A stretch of DNA of 64,000 nucleotides from the IMG/VR virus record IMGVR_UViG_3300042893_001183, one strand, 5' to 3'. Position 1 is the stretch's first letter. The number at the start of each line of letters is the position of its first letter. The position numbers and the translations under genes were made by a program. Positions 1-10,020 of the stretch are shown here, one piece after another. The notes below the pieces were generated by a model. It ran no database searches. It had not been told where the DNA came from and worked only from the letters and a program-made list of their open reading frames with translations. Origin of the DNA: an uncultured virus (IMG/VR IMGVR_UViG_3300042893_001183). Taxonomy: Duplodnaviria; Heunggongvirae; Uroviricota; Caudoviricetes.

Positions 1-3000
1 GAAGTACCACTTGTTCCACTTGAGCCAGATGTACCTGTTGTTCCTGAAGTACCACTTGTTCCACTTGAGCCAGATGTACCTGAAGTACCGCTAGTACCAC
101 TTGAGCCAGATGTACCTGTTGTTCCACTTGAGCCAGATGTACCTGAAGTACCGCTAGTACCACTTGAGCCAGATGTACCTGTTGTTCCACTTGAGCCAGA
201 TGTACCTGTTGTTCCTGAAGTACCACTTGTTCCTGTTGTTCCACTTGAGCCAGATGTACCTGTTGTTCCTGAAGTACCGCTAGTACCACTTGTTCCTGAT
301 GTTCCTGTTGTTCCTGAAGAACCACTTGTTCCTGTTGTACCTGAGGTTCCTGTTGTACCGCTAGTTCCTGTCGAACCACTTGTACCTGATGTACCAGATG
401 TTCCTGAAGAACCCGATGTTCCTGTTGTACCGCTAGTTCCTGTTGTACCTGATGTACCGCTAGTTCCTGTTGTACCTGATGTACCGCTAGTTCCTGTCGA
501 ACCACTTGTACCTGATGTTCCTGTAGAACCACTTGTACCACTTGTTCCTGAAGAACCACTTGTTCCTGTTGTACCAGATGTTCCTGAAGAACCCGATGTT
601 CCTGTTGTACCTGAGGTTCCTGTTGTACCTGAAGTACCACTAGTTCCTGTAGAACCACTTGTACCTGATGTACCAGATGTTCCTGAAGTACCTGAAGTAC
701 CTGAAGTACCACTTGTTCCACTTGAGCCAGATGTACCTGTTGTTCCTGAAGTACCACTTGTTCCACTTGAGCCAGATGTACCTGAAGTACCGCTAGTACC
801 ACTTGAGCCAGATGTTCCTGTTGTACCTGAGGTTCCTGTTGTACCTGATGTACCGCTAGTTCCTGTCGAACCACTTGTACCTGATGTTCCTGTTGTTCCA
901 CTTGAGCCAGATGTTCCTGTTGTACCGCTAGTTCCTGTTGTACCTGATGTTCCTGAAGTACCACTAGTTCCTGAAGAACCACTTGTACCACTTGTTCCTG
1001 AAGAACCAGATGTTCCTGTTGTACCTGATGTACCGCTAGTTCCTGTAGAACCACTAGTACCACTTGTTCCGTCTATTCCTGAAGTACCGCTAGTTCCTGT
1101 AGAACCACTAGTACCTGTTGTTCCTGAAGTACCAGATGTTCCTGTAGAACCACTTGTACCTGATGTACCAGATGTTCCTGAAGAACCACTAGTTCCTGTT
1201 GTACCTGAAGTACCACTTGTACCTGATGTACCGCTAGTTCCTGTAGAACCACTAGTACCACTTGTTCCGTCTATTCCTGAAGTACCGCTAGTTCCTGTAG
1301 AACCACTAGTACCTGTTGTTCCTGAAGTACCGCTAGTTCCTGTAGAACCTGAAGTTCCGCTAGTTCCTGATGAACCACTTGTTCCTGATGTTCCTGTTGT
1401 TCCACTTGAACCAGATGTGCCGGTTGTTCCTGAAGTACCGCTAGTTCCTGAAGAACCACTTGTACCGCTAGTTCCACTTGAGCCAGATGTACCCGTTGTT
1501 CCTGAAGAACCACTTGTACCGCTAGTTCCACTTGAGCCAGAAGTACCACTAGTTCCTGAAGAACCACTTGTACCACCTGTTCCTGCTGTACCCGAAATTC
1601 CTGACGTACCTGATTCTCCTGATACTCCTGATGTTCCTGAAGAACCACTTATTCCTGTTGTTCCTGATGAACCTGATGTTCCTGAAGAACCTGAAGTTCC
1701 TGTTGTTCCTGAAGTTCCTGTTGTTCCTGAAGAACCTGAAGTTCCTGAAGAACCGCTAGTTCCTGATGTTCCTGATGTTCCACTTGAGCCAGATGTTCCT
1801 GAAGAACCTGAAGTTCCTGATGAGCCAGATGTGCCGGTTGTTCCTGAAGTACCGCTAGTTCCTGAAGAACCGCTAGTTCCACTTGAACCAGATGTTCCTG
1901 TTGTTCCTGATGAACCAGATGTTCCTGTTGTTCCTGATGAACCTGATGTTCCACTTGTTCCTGTTGTTCCTGATGAACCTGATGTTCCACTTGAGCCAGA
2001 TGTTCCTGATGAACCTGAAGTTCCTGATGAACCTGATGTTCCACTTGAGCCAGATGTTCCTGATGAACCTGAAGTTCCGCTAGTTCCTGATGTTCCACTT
2101 GTACCATCAAATCCTGAACATCCTGTAACTCCTGAAGAGCCACTTGAGCCAGATGTTCCTGAAGAACCGCTAGTTCCTGAAGAACCGCTAGTTCCTGAAG
2201 AACCTGAAGTTCCGTCTATTCCTGATGTTCCTGAAGAGCCACTTGAGCCAGATGTTCCTGAAGAACCGCTAGTTCCTGAAGAACCGCTAGTTCCTGAAGA
2301 ACCGCTAGTTCCTGAAGAACCTGAAGTTCCGTCTATTCCTGATGTTCCTGAAGAGCCACTTGAGCCAGATGTTCCTGATGAACCTGAAGTTCCACTTGAG
2401 CCACTTGTTCCTGATGAACCGCTAGTTCCACTTGAACCAGATGTTCCTGTTGTTCCTGATGAACCACTTGTACCTGATGTACCTGATGTTCCTGAAGAGC
2501 CAGATGTTCCTGTTGTTCCTGATGAACCGCTAGTTCCACTTGAACCAGATGTTCCTGTTGTTCCTGAAGAACCTGAAGTTCCTGAAGAACCTGAAGTTCC
2601 ACTTGAGCCACTTGTACCTGTTGTTCCTGAAGAACCACTAGTTCCACTTGAACCAGATGTTCCTGAAGAACCTGAAGTTCCGTCTATTCCTGATGTTCCT
2701 GAAGTTCCACTTGAGCCACTTGTACCTGTTGTTCCTGAAGAACCACTAGTTCCACTTGAACCAGATGTTCCTGTTGTTCCTGATGAACCACTTGTACCTG
2801 ATGTACCTGATGTACCTGATGAACCTGATGTTCCTGATGAACCGCTAGTACCTGATGTTCCTGAAGAGCCAGATGTTCCTGTTGTACCGCTAGTTCCTGT
2901 TGTTCCTGAAGAACCGCTAGTTCCACTTGTACCTGTTGTTCCTGAAGAACCACTAGTTCCACTTGAACCAGATGTTCCTGATGAACCACTTGTTCCACTT

Positions 3001-4706
3001 GAGCCAGATGTTCCTGAAGAACCTGAAGTTCCACTTGAGCCACTTGTTCCGTCTATTCCTGATGTTCCTGTTGTTCCACTTGAGCCAGATGTTCCTGTTG
3101 TTCCTGATGAACCGCTAGTTCCTGAAGAACCTGAAGTTCCGTCTATTCCTGAAGTTCCACTTGAGCCACTTGTACCTGTTGTTCCTGAAGAACCTGAAGT
3201 TCCACTTGAGCCACTTGTTCCGTCTATTCCTGATGTTCCTGTTGTTCCACTTGTTCCACTAGTTCCTGAAGAACCTGAAGTTCCGTCTATTCCTGATGTT
3301 CCTGAAGTTCCACTTGAGCCACTTGTTCCGTCTATTCCTGAAGTACCACTAGTTCCTGATGAACCACTTGTTCCTGTTGTTCCTGAAGAACCACTTGTTC
3401 CGTCTATTCCTGAAGTACCACTAGTTCCTGAAGAACCACTTGTTCCGTCTATTCCTGAAGAACCACTAGTTCCTGAAGAACCACTTGTTCCTGAAGTACC
3501 ATCTGTTCCTGAAGAACCACTTGTTCCTGAAGTACCATCTGTTCCTGAAGTACCTGTTGAACCTGAAGTACCATCTGTTCCACTTGTACCTGAAGTACCA
3601 TCTATTCCACTTGTGCCTGAAGTACCATCTGTTCCGCTAGTTCCGTCTGTACCTGAAGTACCATCTGTTCCGCTAGTTCCGTCTGTTCCACTTGTACCTG
3701 AAGTACCATCTGTTCCGCTAGTTCCTGAAGTCCCGTCTGTTCCGCTAGTTCCTGAAGTACCATCTGTTCCACTTGTACCTGAAGTACCATCTGTTCCACT
3801 TGTACCTGAAGTACCATCTGTTCCGCTAGTTCCGTCTGTACCTGAAGTACCATCTGTTCCGCTTGTACCTGAAGTACCATCTGTTCCTGAAGTTCCGCTA
3901 GTTCCTGTTGTTCCTGAAGTACCATTTACACCACTTAATCCTGAAGAACCACTTGTTCCTGATGTTCCACTTGAGCCAGATGTTCCTGTTGTACCTGATG
4001 TTCCTGAAGTACCTGAAGAACCGCTAGTTCCTGATGTTCCACTTGAGCCAGATGTGCCTGTTGTTCCTGAAGTACCACTAGTACCACTTGAGCCAGATGT
4101 GCCTGTTGTTCCTGAAGTACCACTAGTTCCTGTAGAACCTGAAGTGCCACTTGTTCCTGTTGTTCCTGAAGTACCATCTGTTCCGCTAGTTCCGTCTGTA
4201 CCTGAAGTACCACTTGAGCCAGATGTGCCTGTTGTTCCTGAAGTACCACTAGTTCCTGATGTTCCACTTGAGCCAGATGTGCCTGTTGTTCCTGAAGTAC
4301 CACTAGTACCACTTGAGCCAGATGTGCCTGTTGTTCCTGAAGTACCACTAGTTCCTGTAGAACCTGAAGTGCCACTTGTTCCTGTTGTTCCTGAAGTACC
4401 ATCTGTTCCGCTAGTTCCGTCTGTACCTGAAGTACCATCTGTTCCGCTAGTTCCGCTAGTTCCTGAAGTGCCATTTACACCACTAATTCCACTTGTTCCT
4501 GAAGTACCTGAAGTACCTGAAGTACCATCTGTTCCACTAGTTCCTGTTGAACCTGAAGTACCATCTGTTCCACTAGTTCCGTCAGTACCTGAAGTACCAT
4601 CTGTTCCACTAGTTCCATCAGTACCTGAAGTACCATCTGTTCCACTAGTTCCGTCTGTACCTGATGTACCATCTGTTCCGCTAGTTCCTGAAGTACCACT
4701 TGTTCC
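1..4706. repeat. 9-bp-period coding tandem repeat (about 520 Gly-X-Y triplets) with nested longer duplications
   Basis: Units such as gttcctgaa, gtaccactt, gagccagat; 4024-4212 is repeated at 4249-4437. Confidence 0.95.
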
Positions 4707-5573
4707 TCCTGTAATTACTACTGTAATGTTTCCACCACCATCATTTATAACTGATGCTCCACTGAATGTAATTCCTGAAACAGAAGTAACTGGTGTTCCA
4801 CCGTCTCCAACGGATAAGGCTGAGCCAGACCCTGAAGTTATGCCCGTAATTGATACTATACTACCATCACTATTATTAAGAGATAACGTTGAAGTACCAC
4901 TATTATAAGTTCCTCCTGTTACCGTTCCTGTAAATCCTGTAATTGATACTGTTCCACCATCGCTATCATATAAATTTAACGTTGTTGTTGCAGAAAAATA
5001 TGTACCTCCTGTAATTGAAGTATCATTTAGATTAGCAATTCTCCATCTAGCGTTTTCTTTAGTAACTCCATTTACTCCTTCAATTGTTGAACCTGTCCAA
5101 GCATCCATAAGGGCTTGTCCACCAGCACCAATGTTCAATAATTGATATCCTGTACCTAAGTCAGTAATATCTCCATCAGCAACTGCTAAGTTCCATAAAC
5201 TTGAATAGTTAGGAATTGTGTATTGATATGTTGTTTGAGCTTCTTGAACAAATACCAACATTCCCAATCTTCTTCTACCTGAAGAAATTCCATCATTATT
5301 AAGATTTAGTTGATTAATTACTGGTGGATTAAAAGGGACGTATCCTCCACAAATAAAACTGATAGGTATTACGTTTCCTGAAAAAGCAACAGGTCCTCCA
5401 CCATCATATATTTCTTGTGGGATTGTCCAATTTAAATTGTCAAGGCTCCACACCTCTTGATATCCGCCGACACTGTTTACACTGAACATTACACCAGTGT
5501 CGTTATCTCTATTTACTGAAATAGGACCTTCAATTATTGCTCCAGATGTGGGATTTTTATATTCAAAGCTCAT
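1..5573 (-). CDS. Giant collagen-like (Gly-X-Y) fibre protein, 3' end beyond the window; absent from the ORF track
   Basis: ATG at 5573 gives MSFEYKNPTSGAIIEGPISV...GRRRLGMLVFVQE...; about 289-aa globular N-terminus, then G-T-S/G-S-S/G-T-T/G-T-D/G-I-D triplets from 4706 to position 1 with no in-frame stop seen. Confidence 0.9.
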   Translation of the reverse strand, partial: MSFEYKNPTSGAIIEGPISVNRDNDTGVMFSVNSVGGYQEVWSLDNLNWTIPQEIYDGGGPVAFSGNVIPISFICGGYVPFNPPVINQLNLNNDGISSGRRRLGMLVFVQEAQTTYQYTIPNYSSLWNLAVADGDITDLGTGYQLLNIGAGGQALMDAWTGSTIEGVNGVTKENARWRIANLNDTSITGGTYFSATTTLNLYDSDGGTVSITGFTGTVTGGTYNSGTSTLSLNNSDGSIVSITGITSGSGSALSVGDGGTPVTSVSGITFSGASVINDGGGNITVVITGGTSGTSGTSGTDGTSGTDGTSGTDGTSGTDGTSGTDGTSGTDGTSGTDGTSGSTGTSGTDGTSGTSGTSGTSGISGVNGTSGTSGTSGTDGTSGTDGTSGTDGTSGTTGTSGTSGSTGTSGTSGTTGTSGSSGTSGTSGTTGTSGSSGTSGTSGTSGTTGTSGSSGTSGTDGTSGTDGTSGTTGTSGTSGSTGTSGTSGTTGTSGSSGTSGTSGTTGTSGSSGTSGTSGSSGTSGTSGTTGTSGSSGTSGTSGSSGLSGVNGTSGTTGTSGTSGTDGTSGTSGTDGTSGTDGTSGTDGTSGTSGTDGTSGTSGTDGTSGTSGTDGTSGTSGTDGTSGTSGTDGTSGTDGTSGTDGTSGTDGTSGTSGIDGTSGTSGTDGTSGSTGTSGTDGTSGTSGSSGTDGTSGTSGSSGTSGSSGIDGTSGSSGTSGTSGIDGTSGSSGTTGTSGSSGTSGTSGIDGTSGSSGTSGTSGIDGTSGSSGTSGTSGTTGTSGIDGTSGSSGTSGSSGTTGTSGSSGTSGIDGTSGSSGTSGSSGTTGTSGSSGTTGTSGIDGTSGSSGTSGSSGTSGSSGTSGSSGTSGSSGTSGSSGTTGTSGTSGSSGTTGTSGTTGTSGSSGTSGTSGSSGTSGSSGTSGTSGTSGSSGTTGTSGSSGTSGSSGTTGTSGSSGTSGTSGIDGTSGSSGTSGSSGTSGSSGTTGTSGSSGTSGSSGTSGSSGTTGTSGSSGTSGSSGTTGTSGSSGTSGTSGTSGSSGTTGTSGSSGTSGSSGTSGSSGTSGSSGTSGSSGSSGTSGIDGTSGSSGTSGSSGTSGSSGTSGSSGTSGSSGSSGTSGIDGTSGSSGTSGSSGTSGSSGTSGSSGSSGVTGCSGFDGTSGTSGTSGTSGSSGTSGSSGTSGSSGTSGSSGTSGSSGTSGSSGTTGTSGTSGSSGTTGTSGSSGTTGTSGSSGTSGSSGTSGTSGTTGTSGSSGTSGSSGTSGSSGTSGTSGTSGSSGTSGSSGTTGTSGTTGTSGSSGTSGSSGTTGISGSSGTSGVSGESGTSGISGTAGTGGTSGSSGTSGTSGSSGTSGTSGSSGTTGTSGSSGTSGTSGSSGTSGTSGTTGTSGSSGTTGTSGTSGSSGTSGTSGSTGTSGTSGTTGTSGSTGTSGTSGIDGTSGTSGSTGTSGTSGTSGTSGTTGTSGSSGTSGTSGTSGSTGTSGTSGTTGTSGSTGTSGTSGIDGTSGTSGSTGTSGTSGTTGTSGSSGTSGTSGSSGTSGTSGTSGTTGTSGTTGTSGSSGTTGTSGTSGSTGTSGTSGTTGTSGTTGTSGSSGTSGTSGTSGSSGTSGTSGTTGTSGSSGTSGTSGTSGTSGTSGTSGTSGSTGTSGTSGTTGTSGTTGTSGSSGTSGTTGTSGSSGTSGTSGSTGTSGTSGSTGTSGTSGTTGTSGTSGTTGTSGTTGTSGSSGTSGTSGTSGSTGTSGTTGTSGTTGTSGSSGTTGTSGTSGTSGTSGTTGTSGSSGTTGTSGTSGTTGTSGSSGTTGTSGSSGTSGTSGTSGSSGTTGTSGSSGTSGTSGTSGSSGTSGTSGTTGTSGSSGTSGT

Positions 5574-5616
5574 TTTCTATTATTTTTATTTCTATTATTT
5601 TTTATTTATAAAATTA

Positions 5617-7446
5617 TTATACTAACGTTCCTCCTTGTAAATAATTCGGTAGTGATGATGTTGATAGTCTGAAATCTGTTGCAGTAAATGTACTATACAT
5701 CCTATACGCTCCTGCAGGTATATTAGTACTTCCAGAATAGTTTATTATCAAATTGTTAGGTGCAGAACCATTATAAGTTGTACTCATTGTTTTTGGTGTC
5801 ATTGACCCAGCTCCTGTACCGTTGTTAATTGTTGAGTATAGTTGTCCGTTTGTTGCTCCCGTTGAAACAAACACTGTAACCCAGTTGTTTGTTGTTGCTG
5901 TAAATGCTCCAATTGGAATTTGAACAGTTTGGAATTTATATGCAACAATAGCATTACCATATGCGTCACTACCTCCACTTGTTGTTGATATTGGAGCTGT
6001 TATAATTGCTGGTTCTCCTCCTGAAGTTATAGCTCCTGTCCATCCTGAATAAGCTAAATATGCGTTCATTTGTGCATTAAATGTTGCCTGAACTGTTGAT
6101 GGTGAATTAGGAACTTGGTTAAACCCTCTCCAAGAGCTTCCTTGAGATGTCATCCATGTACTTAAATTAGCTTTAGATTGTGTACCATTTGTATCAATGA
6201 ATATGTATGCAAATAATGGTTGGTTAGTAGGTGTAGGTGAAGGTGTGTTAGTTGGTGTTGTTGTATTAGTTGGTGTCTGTGTTTGTGTTACTGTTGGTGT
6301 GTTTGTTGGCGTCTCAGTAGGTGTTGAAGTTACGGTTGCAGTATTAGTTGGTGTTGGTGTCATAGTCGACGTTTCAGTTGCCGTTGCAGTAACCGTTGCT
6401 GTATTAGTCGGAGTAGGAGTTGATGTTGCTGTTTCAGTAGGTGTTGATGTTAACGTTGTAGTTGGTGTGCTTGTAACTGTTGGAGTCTGAGTTGGTGTTT
6501 CAGTCGGAGTACTTGTTGGAGTCTCACTTGGAGTCTGTGTTGGAGTCTCTGTATTAGTTGGTGTTACTGTAGGTGTTGAAGTCTCAGTATTTGTAGGCGT
6601 ATTTGTAGGAGTCTCACTTGGAGTCTGTGTTGGAGTCTCTGTATTAGTCGGAGTTACACTTGAAGTATTTGTTGGTGTATTTGTAGGCGTTTCTGTTGGA
6701 GTTGGTGTAGATGTTTCAGTATTTGTAGGCGTATTTGTAGGAGTCTCACTTGGAGTCTGTGTTGGAGTCTCTGTATTAGTTGGCGTGTTTGTAGGAGTTT
6801 CGGTTGGAGTTTCGGTTGGAGTTTCGGTTGGAGTCTGTGTTGGAGTTTCTGTATTAGTTGGCGTATTTGTAGGTGTCTCTGACGGTGTATTTGTCGGAGT
6901 CTCAGTTGGTGTTGGTGTAGATGTCTCAGTATTAGTTGGAGTGTTTGTAGGAGTCTCTGACGGTGTATTTGTCGGAGTTTCAGTATTTGTAGGAGTTGAA
7001 GTTGCAGTTTCAGTTGGCGTATTTGTTGCGGTAATTGTTGGAGTAGTTGTTGGAGTAACTGTAGGTGTTTGAGTCGCAGTCTCGGTTGGAGTAGGACTAG
7101 CTCCGTTTGAAGCTGTTTGACTTGGCGTGGCTGTTTGAGTTGGCGTGCTAGTTGTTGTTTCTGTCGGAGTCGGTGTAGACGTTGCGTTTGGCGTTCCAGT
7201 TGGAGTTGGAGTTGGTGTTGGTGTTGTACATTCTAAAACAACAACGATACCATTAAACATATCATTTCTTGATGCCGCAGAATAGTAAATAACATCGTTT
7301 ACATAAATATTAAACGGACCAAGAGCATTTGAATTAGAAGCTAATCTAACAATGTATGTAGTACACCCTGTTACCGTTAATTGTTGTTCAATTTCGGTAG
7401 AGCATCCTGGGGCGTTATTTGTGACAAGAATATTATAAGTGGACAT
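5617..7446 (-). CDS. Thr/Pro-repeat (mucin-like stalk) virion protein with globular N- and C-terminal domains
   Basis: 609 aa; central [24 protein letters not shown] repeats; lies in the structural cluster. Confidence 0.8.
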   Translation of the reverse strand: MSTYNILVTNNAPGCSTEIEQQLTVTGCTTYIVRLASNSNALGPFNIYVNDVIYYSAASRNDMFNGIVVVLECTTPTPTPTPTGTPNATSTPTPTETTTSTPTQTATPSQTASNGASPTPTETATQTPTVTPTTTPTITATNTPTETATSTPTNTETPTNTPSETPTNTPTNTETSTPTPTETPTNTPSETPTNTPTNTETPTQTPTETPTETPTETPTNTPTNTETPTQTPSETPTNTPTNTETSTPTPTETPTNTPTNTSSVTPTNTETPTQTPSETPTNTPTNTETSTPTVTPTNTETPTQTPSETPTSTPTETPTQTPTVTSTPTTTLTSTPTETATSTPTPTNTATVTATATETSTMTPTPTNTATVTSTPTETPTNTPTVTQTQTPTNTTTPTNTPSPTPTNQPLFAYIFIDTNGTQSKANLSTWMTSQGSSWRGFNQVPNSPSTVQATFNAQMNAYLAYSGWTGAITSGGEPAIITAPISTTSGGSDAYGNAIVAYKFQTVQIPIGAFTATTNNWVTVFVSTGATNGQLYSTINNGTGAGSMTPKTMSTTYNGSAPNNLIINYSGSTNIPAGAYRMYSTFTATDFRLSTSSLPNYLQGGTLV

Positions 7447-7531
7447 CCGCTGTTTTTATTAAATAAATACCGCAACTATTCTATTTCCTTACTAACAATA
7501 TTAAAAATAATAAAATGAATTTGTTTTTATT

Positions 7532-7891
7532 TTAAACAGCTACCATACTACATGATGCATCACTCGAATATATGTTGAAATCACAATTTGATTCTTGAAT
7601 ATCAATGTTCACAATACAAGACTCCAATTCAATTGTAATTTGGAAAGTACATCCAAATGTACAATCTAAAATTTTAAATACAGTGCAATTATTGGAGTCA
7701 ACTAATGTCAACATTATTTGAGGTGCAGTCTGAAAAATTGAAGGTATTACTGTGTTATAATAAACTGTAGGTGGGACCGCAGTACTTATGGTACCAATCA
7801 AAGTTTGATAATTTCCATAAACATCCGATATGTAAACACTAAACGGATACGCCGTACTTCCTGATATGTCTGTTATTCTAACTTGTGTCAT
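7532..7891 (-). CDS. Small Cys-containing structural-cluster protein
   Basis: ORF track 7532-7900; the ATG at 7891 overlaps the upstream TGA (ATGA) and is the likelier start. Confidence 0.65.
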   Translation of the reverse strand: MTQVRITDISGSTAYPFSVYISDVYGNYQTLIGTISTAVPPTVYYNTVIPSIFQTAPQIMLTLVDSNNCTVFKILDCTFGCTFQITIELESCIVNIDIQESNCDFNIYSSDASCSMVAV

Positions 7892-10020
7892 GATAAGCAC
7901 ATTATGTCATAAACTATGATTAAGTCAATTACAATTTCTTGTCCTTGTAAGGATGTATTGTTTTTGCTTGTTTCAATAGTAATTTGATTATTTAATTGGT
8001 TAATAGTCACCTTACCTATACCAGGAATACTCAACAATAAACTTTTTATAGTATTATACCATAAATTATCACTTGGAGCTTGGACTAAAGATGTTGAAGT
8101 GAAGAATGGTTGGCTAACCACTATTCCCGCAGGATTTACCGATACTTTGGCTGTATATGTCGCATTAACTAAACTACAACTTGTATTACCTGTGGTTAAA
8201 TCATAAAATCCTTCGTTCAACATTTGTAACATACCAAATTTAGTTGGTGAAGAAACGTTGAATACTTCCGCACCCATAACATATGATTGATATGAAGCAT
8301 AATTTTTATAACAATTAATACTTGTTGTTCTTGTTAAAGAACATCCATTATCATCAACTACGGTTAAACTATATGTTCCCGCGGTTAATCCTGTAACTTG
8401 AATTTGTTGTGGTTCATTAGGAACATTATCCGACCAATTAAAATTAAATGGTGGTTCACCTGATGATATAAATGCGGTTATCTGTCCATTACTACCACTA
8501 CCACAAGAAGTACTATATAATGAGAAATCTAAACGTTGGCTAAACGGAATAAAAACAGTTTGATTTTGAACACACCCATCAGAATCGGTAACACTAACAT
8601 TATGGGCTCCTGCCGATAAATTATTGAACGTTACCGCACTTAAGTTAGTATCAAGTACGTTATATAACCCATCAACTGAATAATCTAAAGGCATTGTACC
8701 TCCTGTTGTCGAATATATGGTTATTGTCCCATTATTTTGATTACAACTTGTTTCAGTAACATTTGTTGAAATTGTAAATTTGTTTTCTGTTATAATGGTA
8801 ACTTCTTGCATGTAAGAACATCCTGTTGAATCTGAAACTGCAACAGTATAAGTTCCTGTTGATAAACCATCAAAAACATTAGTTGTTTGAGAAGTGTTTA
8901 TATTAAGTTGTGTACCATCTGGTGAAATTAACGTATAAGTATATGGAGTGGCTCCTCCAACTACTGATATTTGAATCAATCCATTGGTACTTGAACAAGT
9001 TGAATTTTGATTAGTTACCAATACTGAAGTTATCCCACCAGGAGTTTGTAATGTAGTTCCTGCAAATAATTGACAATATGCTGCGTCTGTAACTTGAAAG
9101 CTATAATCACCTGCAGTCAATCCTGATAAACTGTAAGTTCTTGAATACGATATTAATACGTTACCTGTTGATGCCGAATAATAAAAAGGCTCAGTTCCTC
9201 CTGTAATAGTTAAATTAATAACACCATTATTTTGAAAACAACTTGGTGATGTTGAAGTTATAATACCTAGTCCAATTTGATTAACATTTGTTACTGACCC
9301 TTCTGCTGATTTTGTACATCCATATGCGTCTGTTACAGAAACAGAATAACTACCTGAGGTTAATCCTGTAATTGTACTCCCTGTTTGACCATTACTCCAA
9401 AGATATGAGAATGGTGCTTGTCCTGTTTGTCCTGTTACAATTATCTTACCTATTGGAGTTCCTCCACAACTTGAATTTGGCACAACATATAATCCAAAAC
9501 TAAACTCCGTTGAAGTATCAATAATAAAGCTTTGTGTTTCACCCGTACACCCCCCTAAATCTTGAGCCACTAAATAATAAGAACCATAGTCAATTCCTCC
9601 AAAAATAATTTCTGATGTATTAGTTACTCCTGATTGAATCAAGGAGTTACTCATATTATACAGATAGAAATTTGTTGAAGAATATTGAGATGTTGACGTT
9701 CCTGTTACAGAACCATTGATAAAATTACATGTAGTATCTTGCACACCTAAAATTGATGCACACACACCACTTGAAACTGGTATGTTTATATAAAATTCTT
9801 GGTTTGTTGGTATTGTAGAATCGTTAACTCTGATTACATATGTATTTGCCGACAATCCATATCTAGATGAATCTAGTACTGCAGTGTCTTGTCCTAAATT
9901 AGGGTCTGTCCATTGAACGGTATATGGTGCGGTGCCTCCTGTTGGTACTATAGTAATAGCACCACCATTATTCGATTGGCAATCACCCGTAATCTGTAAT
10001 ATATAATTAAAAGCTGCCAT
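7888..10020 (-). CDS. SprB-repeat (Ig-like) adhesin/fibre protein
   Basis: Repeated C..NG.I....GGT.PY.Y.W...GL..G.Y.V.VTD..GC units typical of SprB repeats. Confidence 0.8.
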   Translation of the reverse strand: MAAFNYILQITGDCQSNNGGAITIVPTGGTAPYTVQWTDPNLGQDTAVLDSSRYGLSANTYVIRVNDSTIPTNQEFYINIPVSSGVCASILGVQDTTCNFINGSVTGTSTSQYSSTNFYLYNMSNSLIQSGVTNTSEIIFGGIDYGSYYLVAQDLGGCTGETQSFIIDTSTEFSFGLYVVPNSSCGGTPIGKIIVTGQTGQAPFSYLWSNGQTGSTITGLTSGSYSVSVTDAYGCTKSAEGSVTNVNQIGLGIITSTSPSCFQNNGVINLTITGGTEPFYYSASTGNVLISYSRTYSLSGLTAGDYSFQVTDAAYCQLFAGTTLQTPGGITSVLVTNQNSTCSSTNGLIQISVVGGATPYTYTLISPDGTQLNINTSQTTNVFDGLSTGTYTVAVSDSTGCSYMQEVTIITENKFTISTNVTETSCNQNNGTITIYSTTGGTMPLDYSVDGLYNVLDTNLSAVTFNNLSAGAHNVSVTDSDGCVQNQTVFIPFSQRLDFSLYSTSCGSGSNGQITAFISSGEPPFNFNWSDNVPNEPQQIQVTGLTAGTYSLTVVDDNGCSLTRTTSINCYKNYASYQSYVMGAEVFNVSSPTKFGMLQMLNEGFYDLTTGNTSCSLVNATYTAKVSVNPAGIVVSQPFFTSTSLVQAPSDNLWYNTIKSLLLSIPGIGKVTINQLNNQITIETSKNNTSLQGQEIVIDLIIVYDIMCLS

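Noticed and set aside
1073..4699. Many short minus-strand VLQEQ-type ORFs and plus-strand MFL-type ORFs
   Set aside because: Alternative frames of the 9-bp repeat
1..4706. CRISPR array or non-coding satellite
   Set aside because: No unique spacers; variation is synonymous or triplet-preserving, as expected for coding sequence
1417..4908. 1163-aa plus-strand Pro/Val/Glu ORF
   Set aside because: Antisense shadow of the Gly-X-Y gene; every third Pro mirrors a Gly codon
5603..5610. TATAAATA in T4 orientation upstream of the collagen gene
   Set aside because: Single case in an almost pure A/T spacer; the other instances have the opposite orientation
6197..7072. Val/Gly-rich plus-strand ORFs
   Set aside because: Antisense shadows of the Thr-Pro repeat gene
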